From assembly GCA_030650995.1 (NCBI GenBank), contig JAUSCY010000015.1, forward strand, positions 3,951-67,950: a stretch of DNA of 64,000 bases, in the 5' to 3' direction. This document shows, piece by piece, positions 20,508-33,721 of this stretch (the first letter of the stretch is position 1; the number at the start of each line of letters is the position of its first letter). The position numbers were made by a program, and so were the translations under genes. The notes below the pieces were generated by a model. The model was not told the DNA's origin and searched no databases. It was given only the letters and a program-made list of their open reading frames with translations. Origin of the DNA: Sheuella sp. (GTDB taxonomy: Bacteria > Pseudomonadota > Gammaproteobacteria > Burkholderiales > Burkholderiaceae_B).

Positions 20508-22052
20508 TTGAAATACAGAGACTTGAGAGATTTCGTCAGCCAGCTCGAACGCGCAGGTGATCTCAAACGCATCGTGCGGCCCGTCGCCGCAGAACTCGAA
20601 ATGACCGAAATTTCTGACAGGGTCCTCAAGGCTGAAGGCCCGGCACTGCTTTTTGAAAATGTCACGCATGCTGGTCTTCAGGCCACGATGCCTGTGCTGA
20701 CCAACCTCTTTGGAACGCCACAGCGTGTGGCGCAGGGAATGGGAGCAGAAAACACCACCGCACTGCGTGAAATAGGTGAACTCCTGGCCTCATTAAAAGA
20801 ACCTGAGGCTCCAAAAGGTTTCCGGGATGCCCTGGCCAAAGTATCCATGCTTAAAGCAGCCTTGTGGGATATGAGCCCCAAAAATGTCCGCGCCGCACCT
20901 TGCCAGGAAATCGTGTGGGAGGCAGAAGACGTTGATTTAGCCAAACTACCCATCCAGACCTGCTGGCCGGGAGATATTGCACCGCTGTTGACGTGGGGAC
21001 TGGTTATTACGCGTGGTCCGAACTCAAAACGCCAGAATCTGGGTATTTACCGTCAGCAAGTGATTGGTCGCAACAAACTGATCATGCGCTGGCTCTCGCA
21101 TCGGGGCGGCGCGCTCGATTTTCGTGACCATGCGCTTGCCAACCCCGGCACACCCTTTCCAATTGCTGTGGCACTGGGAGCAGACCCTGCGACCACCCTG
21201 GGTGCGGTCACTCCCGTACCGGATTCATTGTCTGAATATCAGTTTGCGGGCTTGTTGCGCGGTGCGCGTACTGAGGTTACCTCGGCAATCGGCAGCTCCC
21301 TGTCCGTGCCTGCCACAGCAGAAATCATCCTCGAGGGGCACCTGCTGCCTAGCAGCGACCCGCGTGCGATCAAGCCAGCAATACCCCCCGGAGTGAATCC
21401 GCCTCCTGCATCCGACTACGAACTCGCACTCGAAGGCCCCTATGGTGACCATACGGGTTACTACAATGAACAAGACTGGTTTCCAGTATTTACCATTGAT
21501 CGCATCACGATGCGGCGTAACCCCATCTATCATTCAACCTATACGGGTAAGCCGCCCGATGAACCCGCGGTGCTGGGCGTTGCGCTCAATGAAGTTTTCG
21601 TGCCGATTCTTAAACGTCAGTTACCCGAAATAATCGACTTTTACCTCCCACCAGAAGGTTGCAGCTATCGACTGGCTGTCGTGTCGATTCGCAAACAATA
21701 CCCAGGTCATGCAAAACGCGTGATGTTCGGCCTCTGGAGTATTTTGCGTCAATTCATGTATACAAAATTCATTGTTGTGGTCGACCAGGACATCAATCCG
21801 AGAGACTGGAAAGAAGTCGTCTGGGCGATGACTACCCGTATGGATCCTGTGCGCGACACACTTTTAGTGGAAAACACACCGATTGATTATCTGGATTTCG
21901 CATCGCCCGTTTCAGGGCTGGGTGGAAAAATGGGGATGGATGCTACCAATAAATGGGCTGGTGAGACCCAGCGCGAATGGGGCACCCCGATTCAAATGGA
22001 CGCCGCAACCAAACAGCGCGTTGATGCAATGTGGGAAGAACTAGGCCTTTGA
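20508..22052 (+). CDS. ubiD: 4-hydroxy-3-polyprenylbenzoate decarboxylase UbiD
   Basis: 514 aa with a TTG start. [22 protein letters not shown] matches the E. coli UbiD N-terminus (MKYNDLRDFLTLLEQQGELKRI), and similarity extends over the full length. Confidence 0.9.
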   Translation: MKYRDLRDFVSQLERAGDLKRIVRPVAAELEMTEISDRVLKAEGPALLFENVTHAGLQATMPVLTNLFGTPQRVAQGMGAENTTALREIGELLASLKEPEAPKGFRDALAKVSMLKAALWDMSPKNVRAAPCQEIVWEAEDVDLAKLPIQTCWPGDIAPLLTWGLVITRGPNSKRQNLGIYRQQVIGRNKLIMRWLSHRGGALDFRDHALANPGTPFPIAVALGADPATTLGAVTPVPDSLSEYQFAGLLRGARTEVTSAIGSSLSVPATAEIILEGHLLPSSDPRAIKPAIPPGVNPPPASDYELALEGPYGDHTGYYNEQDWFPVFTIDRITMRRNPIYHSTYTGKPPDEPAVLGVALNEVFVPILKRQLPEIIDFYLPPEGCSYRLAVVSIRKQYPGHAKRVMFGLWSILRQFMYTKFIVVVDQDINPRDWKEVVWAMTTRMDPVRDTLLVENTPIDYLDFASPVSGLGGKMGMDATNKWAGETQREWGTPIQMDAATKQRVDAMWEELGL

Positions 22053-22086
22053 GCTTGACGTCTCGACGCCAGGCCTCTGATGACCA

Positions 22087-22425
22087 TCAAGAACCGGAGG
22101 GTGGCTTCTTGCCTTGCTGCGCAAGCATAGCCTGCAACAGCACCAGCACCAATCCACTGCCTCGGGCCAGACGCGATGTTCTGCCCATCAGGAACGTGGA
22201 TATAGTCGAGACGACTAAGGGGTAGTGAGCAAGAAAATCAATAGAACTTTTAAACCAACTTTTGCGACGAAAGCTAATCACACTGCCAAGTAAATGCAGA
22301 GGATTAGCCTCGACTGAAAGCTGCTCAACATGTCCGACAAAGTCATCTCTTTGGATTGCCGCTTGTGTGCGCAACAGTTCAAGGCGCACAGCCCGATCAA
22401 ACCGTTTCGATGAAATATGTTTCAC
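22087..22425 (-). CDS. YqjK-like small membrane protein
   Basis: 112 aa, third gene after the DUF883 and DUF1469-like genes and overlapping the previous stop by 4 nt. The arginine-rich N-terminus plus one hydrophobic segment resembles YqjK. Confidence 0.45.
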   Translation of the reverse strand: MKHISSKRFDRAVRLELLRTQAAIQRDDFVGHVEQLSVEANPLHLLGSVISFRRKSWFKSSIDFLAHYPLVVSTISTFLMGRTSRLARGSGLVLVLLQAMLAQQGKKPPSGS

Positions 22426-22847
22426 CAGCCTTCCTTGCGGTCTGAATACTCATCAGGTGGTGGCGCATCCGATACGCCGTGCCTGATCCGCGAAAACATA
22501 TGCGCATCGCGTTCTAACTCTTGCAGTGTGGCTTCAAAAGGGACAGCGCCATTTTTCAAACGACGGCAAAGAATCACTAACAAAATGATTGCAGCTAGGG
22601 CATATGCCACGCCCAGCAACCCAATCGCGAGCATCCGGTGTGGCGTATCCCAAAAAAATGTGATGACAAACATGGAAAAAACCAGTGCCGCCAATAATGA
22701 GAACACAGCGGCGGCACAACCCAGCGCCAGCAAACCAAACAAGCGCGAGGTCTCGATGCTAAGTTCGACACTAAACAGCGCAATGCGCGTACGAACCATC
22801 GATACGAGATCCGACGCGGCACTCGCGAGTGTCTGTTTAATACTCAT
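22422..22847 (-). CDS. YqjE-like (DUF1469, phage-holin-family-like) membrane protein
   Basis: 141 aa. An amphipathic helix (VRTRIALFSVELSIE) followed by two TM segments matches the YqjE layout. Confidence 0.6.
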   Translation of the reverse strand: MSIKQTLASAASDLVSMVRTRIALFSVELSIETSRLFGLLALGCAAAVFSLLAALVFSMFVITFFWDTPHRMLAIGLLGVAYALAAIILLVILCRRLKNGAVPFEATLQELERDAHMFSRIRHGVSDAPPPDEYSDRKEGW

Positions 22848-22854
22848 CGTAATT

Positions 22855-23184
22855 TCAGCGTCGGCTCAACAGCACACCAAGCAGCAGTCCTGCCATGCCT
22901 GCCACGCCGATTGCCTGCCATGGGTTGTCATGGACATACTCATCCGTCGCACGCACCGCACGTCGACCCTGAGCAAGGACTTCATCCTGCGCATCGTACA
23001 ACGCCTCGCGGGTCTGTTTCAGAGAGGCCAAAGCCTGCTCGCGCAATTGCGTCGCGCGTTCGCCAGTCGCACTTGCGGCTTCGCGTAGAAGCGCCTCTGC
23101 ATCGTTCAGGCTGAGCTTGACGCTGGAAATCAATTTGTCCTGTGCAGCATGTACATCCTGAACAATCGTATCTTTCTGACTCAT
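22855..23184 (-). CDS. DUF883 family (ElaB/YqjD-like) tail-anchored ribosome-associated protein
   Basis: 109 aa with a long helical N-terminal part and the diagnostic C-terminus DNPWQAIGVAGMAGLLLGVLLSRR. Confidence 0.75.
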   Translation of the reverse strand: MSQKDTIVQDVHAAQDKLISSVKLSLNDAEALLREAASATGERATQLREQALASLKQTREALYDAQDEVLAQGRRAVRATDEYVHDNPWQAIGVAGMAGLLLGVLLSRR

Positions 23185-23266
23185 GGTGCTCTCCTAAAAA
23201 CCAAGATTTAATCCATAATAGCAGCACAACAGACAAAAACGCATCTAAAAAGTTGATATATATCAA

Positions 23267-23992
23267 TTATCTAACGGACTTTACTTCAATCACTCCGCGT
23301 TGACCGGCATGTTCAATTTCCTGCTTCATGACCAGATTAGCCTGGGGGCAAAACCAGTCGGTAATATTCGACTGAATTGACGGTACAGGAATCGTCATGC
23401 CCCGCAAATTTGCGACCGTGGCATCCGTTGTGCGAGCATAACGAACAGGCCAGCACGACTGCTGACCTAATGAAGTCTGAATTGACTGGCGCGTACCAAC
23501 AGTTTTTTCACCCGTACGCACCATCAGCGGCGTGGTGGCTTGATTGGGATCTCCCAGATCAAGCTTGAAAGCCTGAGCCGGAAAACGCTGACCTGCCGAT
23601 TGAATCGGCGCGCCATAGCCAAAAACGTTCAGCAAACGTAAGTCGAAGCTTGCGGCATCGGCTCGGTTACTTGTTGCAGATTTCGTCAGGCTCGACTTAT
23701 TACCATTAATCAGCATCAAGTGATCCAGATCATTTGATCCAGAGAACATTCCCATCAAAGAATAATTTGCAAACCCGCGAACCTTGGCCTGACAAACGTC
23801 AGCGTTGGTTTTTTTAACCTGGCTGAATGCCATCTTTGCTTGAATCGAAAATATTCCGGTCCCACCGATTTCAATCACGCCACCATCGTGAAAAAACTTT
23901 GCGCTGCACATCTCTGCATGCACAGCACCCGCTCCCGTCAACATCAACGCAGCAAAGAGCCGGGGGATCAGGTTTTTAAACAATATTTTCAT
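23267..23992 (-). CDS. Secreted protein of unknown function
   Basis: 241 aa with a signal peptide [26 protein letters not shown] and 4 Cys residues. Its ATG overlaps the dacB stop (ATGA). I recognise no family. Confidence 0.5.
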   Translation of the reverse strand: MKILFKNLIPRLFAALMLTGAGAVHAEMCSAKFFHDGGVIEIGGTGIFSIQAKMAFSQVKKTNADVCQAKVRGFANYSLMGMFSGSNDLDHLMLINGNKSSLTKSATSNRADAASFDLRLLNVFGYGAPIQSAGQRFPAQAFKLDLGDPNQATTPLMVRTGEKTVGTRQSIQTSLGQQSCWPVRYARTTDATVANLRGMTIPVPSIQSNITDWFCPQANLVMKQEIEHAGQRGVIEVKSVR

Positions 23993-25482
23993 TTAGTGGT
24001 CAGCCAGGTGATCAATGCGTTTTCGAAGGCGCGCGCATCGTGCGCACGTTCGTGATTAACCATACTCACCACAATGTAACGCTTTCCACTCGCCCCCCAG
24101 ACGTAACCGGCAATCGAGCGCACATCGCGCAACGCTCCTGTTTTAACATGCGCCATTGACCGCGTCGAGGGGTCACGCAACCGGTTTCTGGAGGTTCCAT
24201 CAATGCCTAAAATTGAAAGTGAAGAAACATACTCAGGCATCACTGGTGATATCCAGGCCTTTTGCAACATTTCTGTCAGGCTGTCGGCTGAGACGACACC
24301 CACACGCGACAGGCCTGAACCATTATCAAGCACCAGTCCTTTCATATTCAGGCCCTGTCGGGCCAGGACAGAAAGTGCGACCTGCACGCTGCCATCCACT
24401 GTCGCAGGTTTGCTTCCTGCCTCTGCGCCTAACGTGAGCAGCAACACGCGGGTCATCACGTTATTGCTGCGCTTATTAATCAGACGAATCACCTCCGAAA
24501 GTGGTGGTGACTGATGCGAGGCGATAGCCACCGCATCCGCTGGAATCAGACCGTTACGAACCTGGCCGGTGAGCGTGCCACCAACTTCCTGCCACATGGT
24601 TTTCAATAGTTTTGCACCATATTCCTGTTGAGAAAATGCAAGTCTGAAAACGTCAAATTCACCACAAGAACCAGCCGCACTACCTGAGACGCGAAAGCGC
24701 ACATTGCCATTTTCAAATGTCGTATCCGTTGAAATCGCTGGAGAACCAGGGCACTTTGCGTCACTCCACTCGATGTTGCCATCGATCTGTATGCCGGGTA
24801 TTGGCGGATCTACAAAAGATTTCCAGCTTTTAGTCTCTGGGTCTGGCGAGAAGACCAGGCGCAAGGCACCAAAACCAACCATGAAAGCATCGGGACTCGC
24901 GTTATAAGGACGATCACCCGCCCCATCAAATTGCGCTGGATCAATCGTGACATCACCAAATACAGAACGATCCACCACGATTTCCGGTATTTCCCGGATA
25001 CCGCGCAGTCTCATATCACGCATCAAACGCCACAAGTCCTGTAATAACAAGACGGGGTCTCCCCCCGCACGCAAGTATAGAGGTCCGTTCAATACGCCCT
25101 GGGCATCAACCCGTGCTTTGCCACCTATCAAGAAGTCTGTATTCCATACATAGGTCGGGCCTAGCCGTGAAATCGCTGCGTATGTCGTGACAAGCTTCAT
25201 GACTGAAGCCGGGTTTCTGGGGGTATCGGGCTGCAGGGCAAACAGGCGGGGGCCATTAACTTCTTGCACGACCACAGAAAGCGAAGATTCGGGTAATTTA
25301 GTTTGTGCCCAGGCCTTGGCAAGCTCCGCAGGCATCCCTCCTTGCGCATCTGCATTCAGACCTATCGTGAACAATAACGCGCCAATCGCAAGCGCCATAC
25401 CCCTGACGTATAACCGCCCAACCTTCGTGTTCGAAGCACGCATACCAACACCCATTTCACTGTTTAAGCTGACAGCATACAA
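23989..25482 (-). CDS. dacB: D-alanyl-D-alanine carboxypeptidase/endopeptidase (PBP4)
   Basis: The SxxK (SVMK), SxN (SNN) and KTG (HVKTGAL) motifs are in the correct order and there is an N-terminal signal sequence. The start is uncertain (Met1 at 25482 or Met14 at 25443). Confidence 0.85.
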   Translation of the reverse strand: MYAVSLNSEMGVGMRASNTKVGRLYVRGMALAIGALLFTIGLNADAQGGMPAELAKAWAQTKLPESSLSVVVQEVNGPRLFALQPDTPRNPASVMKLVTTYAAISRLGPTYVWNTDFLIGGKARVDAQGVLNGPLYLRAGGDPVLLLQDLWRLMRDMRLRGIREIPEIVVDRSVFGDVTIDPAQFDGAGDRPYNASPDAFMVGFGALRLVFSPDPETKSWKSFVDPPIPGIQIDGNIEWSDAKCPGSPAISTDTTFENGNVRFRVSGSAAGSCGEFDVFRLAFSQQEYGAKLLKTMWQEVGGTLTGQVRNGLIPADAVAIASHQSPPLSEVIRLINKRSNNVMTRVLLLTLGAEAGSKPATVDGSVQVALSVLARQGLNMKGLVLDNGSGLSRVGVVSADSLTEMLQKAWISPVMPEYVSSLSILGIDGTSRNRLRDPSTRSMAHVKTGALRDVRSIAGYVWGASGKRYIVVSMVNHERAHDARAFENALITWLTTK

Positions 25483-25516
25483 AAAAAGTCAGGCGACAGG
25501 CTTAAAATGCCCGCAA

Positions 25517-27789
<2,273 letters not shown>

Positions 27790-27821
27790 CCAGCTAATCA
27801 AATTTTCCAAAGGAGACCTTA

Positions 27822-28163
27822 ATGTCTGCTCAAGTAATTACCGGCATCGTGCTGGCTCAGGTCGGCGATACCGCCAGCTCGTTGATGGGAATGGCCCCTA
27901 TCGTTTTGATGTTTGTCGTTTTGTACTTCCTGATGATTCGTCCCCAGATGAAGCGCCAGAAAGAACACAAAGCACTGTTGGCTGCTTTAGCCAAGGGTGA
28001 CGAGGTCATCAGCGCCGGTGGTTTGCTTGGCAAAGTCAGCAAAGTCAGTGACAGCTATGTAACTGTAGAAGTTGCAGAACTTGCTGAAAAGCCAGTCGAA
28101 ATCATCATGCAAAAATCTTCTGTTACAGCGGTCCTGCCAAAAGGCACGATCAAAGCACTGTAA
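27822..28163 (+). CDS. yajC: Preprotein translocase subunit YajC
   Basis: 113 aa with a single TM segment and MIRPQMKRQKEHKALLAAL.KGDEV.T.GG..GKV. Confidence 0.9.
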   Translation: MSAQVITGIVLAQVGDTASSLMGMAPIVLMFVVLYFLMIRPQMKRQKEHKALLAALAKGDEVISAGGLLGKVSKVSDSYVTVEVAELAEKPVEIIMQKSSVTAVLPKGTIKAL

Positions 28164-28227
28164 GCCCTCCCGGCATCGCCCGTCACACCTTGTGACGGGA
28201 CCTAATCCTTTCTCATCCCCATCGGCA

Positions 28228-30096
28228 ATGAACCGCTATCCCATTTGGAAATACCTAACGGTGCTGGTCGCGGTTGTGATCGGCCTGCTCTATACCCTGC
28301 CCAATCTGTATGGCGAATCGCCTGCGGTGCAGGTTTCAAGCGCCAAAGCAACACTCAAAATTGACCCTGCCACGCTGGATCGCGTACAAGGTATTTTGCG
28401 TCAGGCAAATATCGCCCATACGGGTGCTTCGTTTGAACAAAACGGTCCTGTCGGCACTGTCCGTGTGCGCTTTGCCAATACAGATACGCAGCTTCAAGCA
28501 CGTGACGTGATTGAAAAAGCGTTGAATCCCAACGCAGCCGACCACACCTTCACGGTGGCGCTCAATCTCCTTCCTGCTTCCCCTTCTTGGCTGAGCGCAA
28601 TTGGCGCGCACCCCATGTATCTTGGCCTGGATCTGCGAGGTGGTGTGCACTTCCTGCTTCAAGTCGATATGCAGGGAGCGCTGACTGCACGTTATGACTC
28701 AATGGTCACGGATCTGCGTGCTGCGCTGCGTGATCAGAAAATCGAACAGACGAGTATTGAACGCAGCGGCATGTCCGTTGTGGTCTCTTTCAACAGCGAA
28801 AACATGCGTGATCGTGCCATCGCAGCGCTGCGCACCCGTAACCCCGACCTGCAAATTTCAGAGCGTACCGACGGCACCAAGTTGCAAATCGTAGGCACAC
28901 TCGGCCAGACTGCAATCACTGCCGTGCAAGCCAACGCCCTTAAACAGAACATTACAACTTTGCATAACCGGATCAACGAACTCGGTGTTGCCGAGCCTGT
29001 GATCCAGCAACAAGGTGCGGACCGAATTGTTGTGCAGTTGCCAGGCGTGCAGGATGTTGCCAAAGCAAAAGATATTCTGGGTCGCACAGCGACTCTGGAA
29101 ATTCGAATGGTCGACGACTCGCCCGCTGCGTCCAGCGCACTGGCTGCTGGCACGGTTCCTTTTGGACTTGAGCGCTACCTGGATCGCGATGGCCGCCCAT
29201 TATTGGTGCGCCGACAGGTTGTACTGACAGGCGAAAACCTTCAGGACGCCCAAGCCGGGCGCGACAGTCAGTCGCAGCAGGCTGCAGTACACCTCACGCT
29301 GGACTCAAAAGGCGCCCGCATTTTCCGTGATGTCACACGTGACAACATCGGCAAGCGTATGGCCATTCTGCTCTTTGAAAAAGGTCGTGGAGAGGTTGTG
29401 ACCGCTCCAGTGATTCGCGGTGAAATTCCAGGTGGTCAGGTTCAAATCTCCGGCAGCATGAGTGCAGAAGAGGCTGCGGACACCGCACTTCTGTTGCGCG
29501 CCGGCTCCCTGGCTGCACCCATGGAAATCATCGAGGAACGCACAATCGGCCCAAGTCTGGGTGCTGACAATATCGCCAAGGGTTTTAATTCAACCCTCTA
29601 TGGCTTTGTCGCGATCGCGCTTTTCATGCTGATTTATTATCATTTGTTTGGTGTGTTTTCGACAATCGGACTGGCACTCAACGTCTTACTGCTATTGGCG
29701 ATCCTGTCCATGCTTCAGGCCACACTCACCTTACCTGGCATTGCGGCAATTGCACTGACACTGGGTATGGCGATTGATGCCAACGTGCTGATTAACGAAC
29801 GAATCCGCGAGGAGTTGCGTAATGGCGAGTCCCCACAACAAGCGATCGCGCTCGGGTTTGATCGCGCCTGGGGAACGATTCTGGACTCGAACCTGACCAC
29901 ATTGATTGTTGGTGTTGCATTGCTGGTTTTTGGATCAGGTGCTATTCGCGGCTTCGCCGTCGTGCATTGCCTGGGGATTCTGACCTCGATGTTCTCATCT
30001 GTAGTAGGCGTACGCGCCTTGGCAAACCTCTGGTACGGACGCAAGAAAAAACTTCAATCGATTTCGATTGGCACGGTCTGGAAACCAAAAGACTGA
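28228..30096 (+). CDS. secD: Protein translocase subunit SecD
   Basis: MNRYPIWKYLTVLVAVVIGLLYTLPNLYGE is the canonical SecD start. I chose the ATG at 28228 (the ORF-track extension overlaps yajC). It has a large periplasmic loop and 6 TM segments. Confidence 0.9.
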   Translation: MNRYPIWKYLTVLVAVVIGLLYTLPNLYGESPAVQVSSAKATLKIDPATLDRVQGILRQANIAHTGASFEQNGPVGTVRVRFANTDTQLQARDVIEKALNPNAADHTFTVALNLLPASPSWLSAIGAHPMYLGLDLRGGVHFLLQVDMQGALTARYDSMVTDLRAALRDQKIEQTSIERSGMSVVVSFNSENMRDRAIAALRTRNPDLQISERTDGTKLQIVGTLGQTAITAVQANALKQNITTLHNRINELGVAEPVIQQQGADRIVVQLPGVQDVAKAKDILGRTATLEIRMVDDSPAASSALAAGTVPFGLERYLDRDGRPLLVRRQVVLTGENLQDAQAGRDSQSQQAAVHLTLDSKGARIFRDVTRDNIGKRMAILLFEKGRGEVVTAPVIRGEIPGGQVQISGSMSAEEAADTALLLRAGSLAAPMEIIEERTIGPSLGADNIAKGFNSTLYGFVAIALFMLIYYHLFGVFSTIGLALNVLLLLAILSMLQATLTLPGIAAIALTLGMAIDANVLINERIREELRNGESPQQAIALGFDRAWGTILDSNLTTLIVGVALLVFGSGAIRGFAVVHCLGILTSMFSSVVGVRALANLWYGRKKKLQSISIGTVWKPKD

Positions 30097-30157
30097 ACAT
30101 TCACGCGCGGCAGTTCTTCCCTGATCTGCCCGCTTTTACTACCGGAACACACGCACC

Positions 30158-31099
30158 ATGGAACTATTCCGAATCGGTCGCACCATACCGTTCATGCGCC
30201 ACGCGCTGGTTTTGAACATCATCAGCTTTCTTACTTTTGTCGCTGCCGTATTTTTCATCATCACGCGTGGCTTTCACCTGTCGATTGAATTCACTGGTGG
30301 AACGGTCATGGAGGTGAACTACACACAGTCAGCCCCATTGGAGCAAGTTCGTACCGTCGTATCAGGACTTGGCTATACAGACTTTCAGGTTCAGAACTTT
30401 GGCACCTCGCGTGACGTCATGATCAGACTGCCACTGGCACCCGGTCAGAGCTCAGCTGCGCAAAGCGACACCGTCATGAAGGCGCTCAAAGTCAGCGATT
30501 CAACAGTTGAATTAAGACGTGTTGAATTTGTCGGTCCTCAAGTTGGTCGCGAGCTGGTCGAAAATGGCTTACTTGCTCTGCTATTTGTAGTAATCGGTAT
30601 TGTGGTTTATCTGGCAGTCCGGTTCGAATGGAAATTTGCAGTGGCTGGTGTGCTGGCCAACCTGCACGATGTGGTCATCATTCTGGGTTTCTTTGCGTTT
30701 TTCGGCTGGGAATTTTCTTTGTCAGTATTAGCGGGTGTACTCGCCGTGCTGGGCTACTCGGTGAACGAGTCGGTAGTGATCATGGATCGAATCCGCGAAA
30801 ACTTCCGCAGAGAAAGAAATGCTTCAGTCGTAGAAGTTATTGACGGAGCCATTACTCAAACCATTTCCCGCACCATCATTACCCATGGCTCAACCCAGAT
30901 GATGGTCATGGCGATGCTGATATTTGGCGGCCCGACGCTGCATTACTTTGCGCTCGCACTGACCATTGGTATCTGGTTTGGTATTTACTCCTCAGTCTTT
31001 GTGGCAGCCGCGATCGCGATGTGGTTAGGGGTGACACGTGAAGATATGGTCAAGCCAGTGAAAAAACCTGACGAAGTCGAAGAAAGCTACGAGCTATAA
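30158..31099 (+). CDS. secF: Protein translocase subunit SecF
   Basis: 313 aa with IPFMRHALVLNIISF and the conserved SecF TM core. It immediately follows secD. Confidence 0.9.
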   Translation: MELFRIGRTIPFMRHALVLNIISFLTFVAAVFFIITRGFHLSIEFTGGTVMEVNYTQSAPLEQVRTVVSGLGYTDFQVQNFGTSRDVMIRLPLAPGQSSAAQSDTVMKALKVSDSTVELRRVEFVGPQVGRELVENGLLALLFVVIGIVVYLAVRFEWKFAVAGVLANLHDVVIILGFFAFFGWEFSLSVLAGVLAVLGYSVNESVVIMDRIRENFRRERNASVVEVIDGAITQTISRTIITHGSTQMMVMAMLIFGGPTLHYFALALTIGIWFGIYSSVFVAAAIAMWLGVTREDMVKPVKKPDEVEESYEL

Positions 31100-31111
31100 A
31101 TAAATAGTCCA

Positions 31112-31152
31112 AAAAAAAATCCTCAGTGCCATCTATGCACTGAGGATTTTTT
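31112..31152 (+). terminator. Rho-independent terminator after secF
   Basis: An A-run, then stem aatcctcagtgc, loop catctat, stem gcactgaggatt, followed by TTTTT. Confidence 0.85.
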
Positions 31153-31265
31153 CGTTCAGTTATGCCGTATGACGCATGCTAAAAAATTAGCGCAGTCCAA
31201 CTAATCTATAACTCTAGCCCTCTGAGCGGGTTAAGATACAACATTACACTTTATATGCCCTCGGG

Positions 31266-32696
31266 ATGAACACCCGCCTCGGCGCCATCATGCAAAAAAT
31301 CATTCCTATCGTTGCGGGCAATGCCCCAGCCACCCCAAAAAAAGTATTCATCCGCACCTTTGGTTGCCAGATGAATGAATACGACTCAGACAAAATGCTC
31401 GACGTACTGGGCAAAGAACACGGGGCGGTTATCACAATGACCCCCGAAGACGCAGATGTTATTTTGTTCAATACCTGTTCAGTCAGGGAAAAAGCGCAGG
31501 AGAAAGTGTTTTCCGACCTCGGCCGGATCAAACATCTGAAAAAACTGAATCCAAATCTGGTAATTGGTGTGGGCGGCTGTGTCGCCAGCCAGGAAGGCTC
31601 AGCAATTGTTGACCGTGCACCATATGTCGACGTCGTTTTTGGTCCGCAGACACTGCACAGACTGCCTGAGCTCATTGCGCGCCGCCGCGCAGAGGGTCGC
31701 TCCCAGGTCGACATCAGCTTTCCTGAAATTGAAAAATTTGATGCGCTCCCACCTTCCCGTGTGGATGGTCCGACTGCCTTTGTTTCGATTATGGAAGGCT
31801 GTAGTAAATACTGTAGTTTTTGTGTTGTGCCCTACACCCGGGGAGAGGAAATCTCACGTCCCTTCGAAGATGTCCTGACCGAGGTCGCTGACCTCGCCGA
31901 CCAGGGCGTCAAAGAAGTCACTCTATTAGGTCAGAACGTCAATGCTTACCGCGGAAAAATGGCGAATAGCCAGGAAATTGCGGATTTCGCGACCTTGCTC
32001 GAATATGTTCATGACATCCCTGGCATTGAACGCCTTCGATACACCACCTCACATCCTAAAGAAATGACCTCGCGCATTGCAGACGCCTACACGCGTCTGC
32101 CAAAACTGGTTGCCCACCTGCACCTGCCTGTTCAGGCTGGCAGCGACCGCGTGCTGGCGGCAATGAAGCGTGGCTATACCGCCATAGAGTTCAAATCAGT
32201 GGTACGCAAATTACGTGCAGCCCGTCCTGGACTGACGCTATCATCAGATTTCATTGTCGGTTTTCCTGGTGAAACCGAAGAAGAGTTCGAAAAAACAATG
32301 AAGCTGATTGATGAGGTCGGTTTTGACACCGCCTACTCCTTTGTCTATTCACGCCGCCCCGGAACACCAGCGGCTGACCTGACCGATGACACGCCACAAA
32401 CAGTCAAACTCGCACGACTGCAACGGCTGCAGGCACGTATCAACGAACAGGCGCACGCTGTGGCGCTCAGCATGGTGGGGACGACGCAACGCATCCTTGT
32501 CGAGGGCACTTCTACGCGCGATAGCAGTGAGTTATATGGACGCACAGAAAATAATCGGGTCGTCAATTTCCCTGCACATCCGCGCTTGATCGGACAGATG
32601 GTTGATGTCGTCATCACGGAGGCCCGCACGAATACATTCCGCGCCCGCGTTGCCATCGGGCAGGACGACTTATCGACCAATCAAGGGAACGTATGA
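31266..32696 (+). CDS. miaB: tRNA-2-methylthio-N6-dimethylallyladenosine synthase MiaB
   Basis: Contains [14 protein letters not shown] (UPF0004 Cys), the radical-SAM motif [15 protein letters not shown] and a TRAM domain. The real start may be the Met at 31290. Confidence 0.9.
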   Translation: MNTRLGAIMQKIIPIVAGNAPATPKKVFIRTFGCQMNEYDSDKMLDVLGKEHGAVITMTPEDADVILFNTCSVREKAQEKVFSDLGRIKHLKKLNPNLVIGVGGCVASQEGSAIVDRAPYVDVVFGPQTLHRLPELIARRRAEGRSQVDISFPEIEKFDALPPSRVDGPTAFVSIMEGCSKYCSFCVVPYTRGEEISRPFEDVLTEVADLADQGVKEVTLLGQNVNAYRGKMANSQEIADFATLLEYVHDIPGIERLRYTTSHPKEMTSRIADAYTRLPKLVAHLHLPVQAGSDRVLAAMKRGYTAIEFKSVVRKLRAARPGLTLSSDFIVGFPGETEEEFEKTMKLIDEVGFDTAYSFVYSRRPGTPAADLTDDTPQTVKLARLQRLQARINEQAHAVALSMVGTTQRILVEGTSTRDSSELYGRTENNRVVNFPAHPRLIGQMVDVVITEARTNTFRARVAIGQDDLSTNQGNV

Positions 32697-33721
32697 GCTC
32701 CTCACCTGCGAAGTCTTCAGCGCGCAATCGCCCGCTACCCGTCAAACTCAACCTGACGGGTACCAACCAGCAACTTGCCAATCTCTGTGGTCCGCTTGAC
32801 GAAAATCTGAAACAAATCTCCAATGGCCTTGATCTGGAGATTGGTCGGCAAGGCAATAAGCTCACCATACGGGGTGCGCATGCAGAAGCGGCCAGTAAGA
32901 TGCTCTTCGCCTTACATGATCTGGCTGCACAACGTCCGCTATCGATTGATGACATCCAGTTAAGCCTGGTGGAGATAGGCGTAGGGCGAACGCACTCACC
33001 TGCAGTGCAAACGTTCGATCCTGCCGAATTTCCTCCTCTTGATGATGAAAGCGAACACATTGCGCTGCGTACACGCCGCAGCGATCTGCGCCCCCGCACG
33101 CCGCGACAGCGCGAATACCTGAACAACATACTCAAACACGACATCACGTTCGGTGTAGGCCCCGCCGGCACGGGCAAAACCTGGCTGGCTGTAGCCTGTG
33201 CGATTGATGCAATGGAGCGCGACACCGTACAGAGACTCATTCTGACTCGGCCAGCTGTTGAAGCGGGCGAGCGACTCGGATTCCTCCCCGGTGACCTGGC
33301 TCAAAAAGTAGATCCATATTTGCGTCCTCTTTACGATGCGCTATATGACTTGATGGGTTTTGAACGTGTGCAGCGCTTATTTGAAAAGCAGACCATCGAA
33401 ATCGCCCCACTCGCATATATGCGAGGTCGCACGTTAAATCATGCTTTTGTCATTCTGGACGAAGCACAAAACACTACGCCAGAACAGATGAAAATGTTTT
33501 TGACCCGTATCGGCTTCGGCAGTAAAGCGGTCATCACCGGTGATCCTTCGCAGGTCGACTTGCCCAAAGGCCACAAGAGCGGCCTGGCGCATGCGGTCAA
33601 TATTCTGGACGAGGTAAAGGGCATAGCTGTCACGCGCTTCACCAGCCGCGATGTAGTGCGCCACCCCTTAGTTGCCCGTATCGTGGATGCCTATGAGCAA
33701 GCCGAACAAGATCATCCCTGA
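32693..33721 (+). CDS. ybeZ: PhoH-like ATPase (YbeZ)
   Basis: 342 aa with Walker [20 protein letters not shown] and GDPSQVDLP. Confidence 0.9.
   Translation: MSSSPAKSSARNRPLPVKLNLTGTNQQLANLCGPLDENLKQISNGLDLEIGRQGNKLTIRGAHAEAASKMLFALHDLAAQRPLSIDDIQLSLVEIGVGRTHSPAVQTFDPAEFPPLDDESEHIALRTRRSDLRPRTPRQREYLNNILKHDITFGVGPAGTGKTWLAVACAIDAMERDTVQRLILTRPAVEAGERLGFLPGDLAQKVDPYLRPLYDALYDLMGFERVQRLFEKQTIEIAPLAYMRGRTLNHAFVILDEAQNTTPEQMKMFLTRIGFGSKAVITGDPSQVDLPKGHKSGLAHAVNILDEVKGIAVTRFTSRDVVRHPLVARIVDAYEQAEQDHP

Noticed and set aside
22417-23088. 223-aa plus-strand ORF
   Set aside because: It is antisense to the yqjE-like and DUF883 genes. It has no recognisable motifs and its composition is skewed (Ser/Arg/Ala), so it is a shadow ORF.
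25187-25516. N-terminal 110-codon extension of the queA ORF
   Set aside because: The extension overlaps the dacB 5-prime region on the opposite strand and does not resemble QueA. The canonical QueA N-terminus begins at the ATG at 25517.
28072-28227. N-terminal extensions of the secD ORF (likewise amtB 39927-40022, porin 38730-38801, pgk 10342-10410 and tkt 13494-13529)
   Set aside because: The extensions overlap upstream genes or terminator/promoter elements. Internal Met codons give canonical N-termini or signal peptides.
32614-33240. 208-aa minus-strand ORF (and similar ones at 34287-34949, 31244-31714 and 738-1313)
   Set aside because: Each lies antisense within a well-supported gene (phoH-like, corC, miaB and the methyltransferase). 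None has a start context or any motif.
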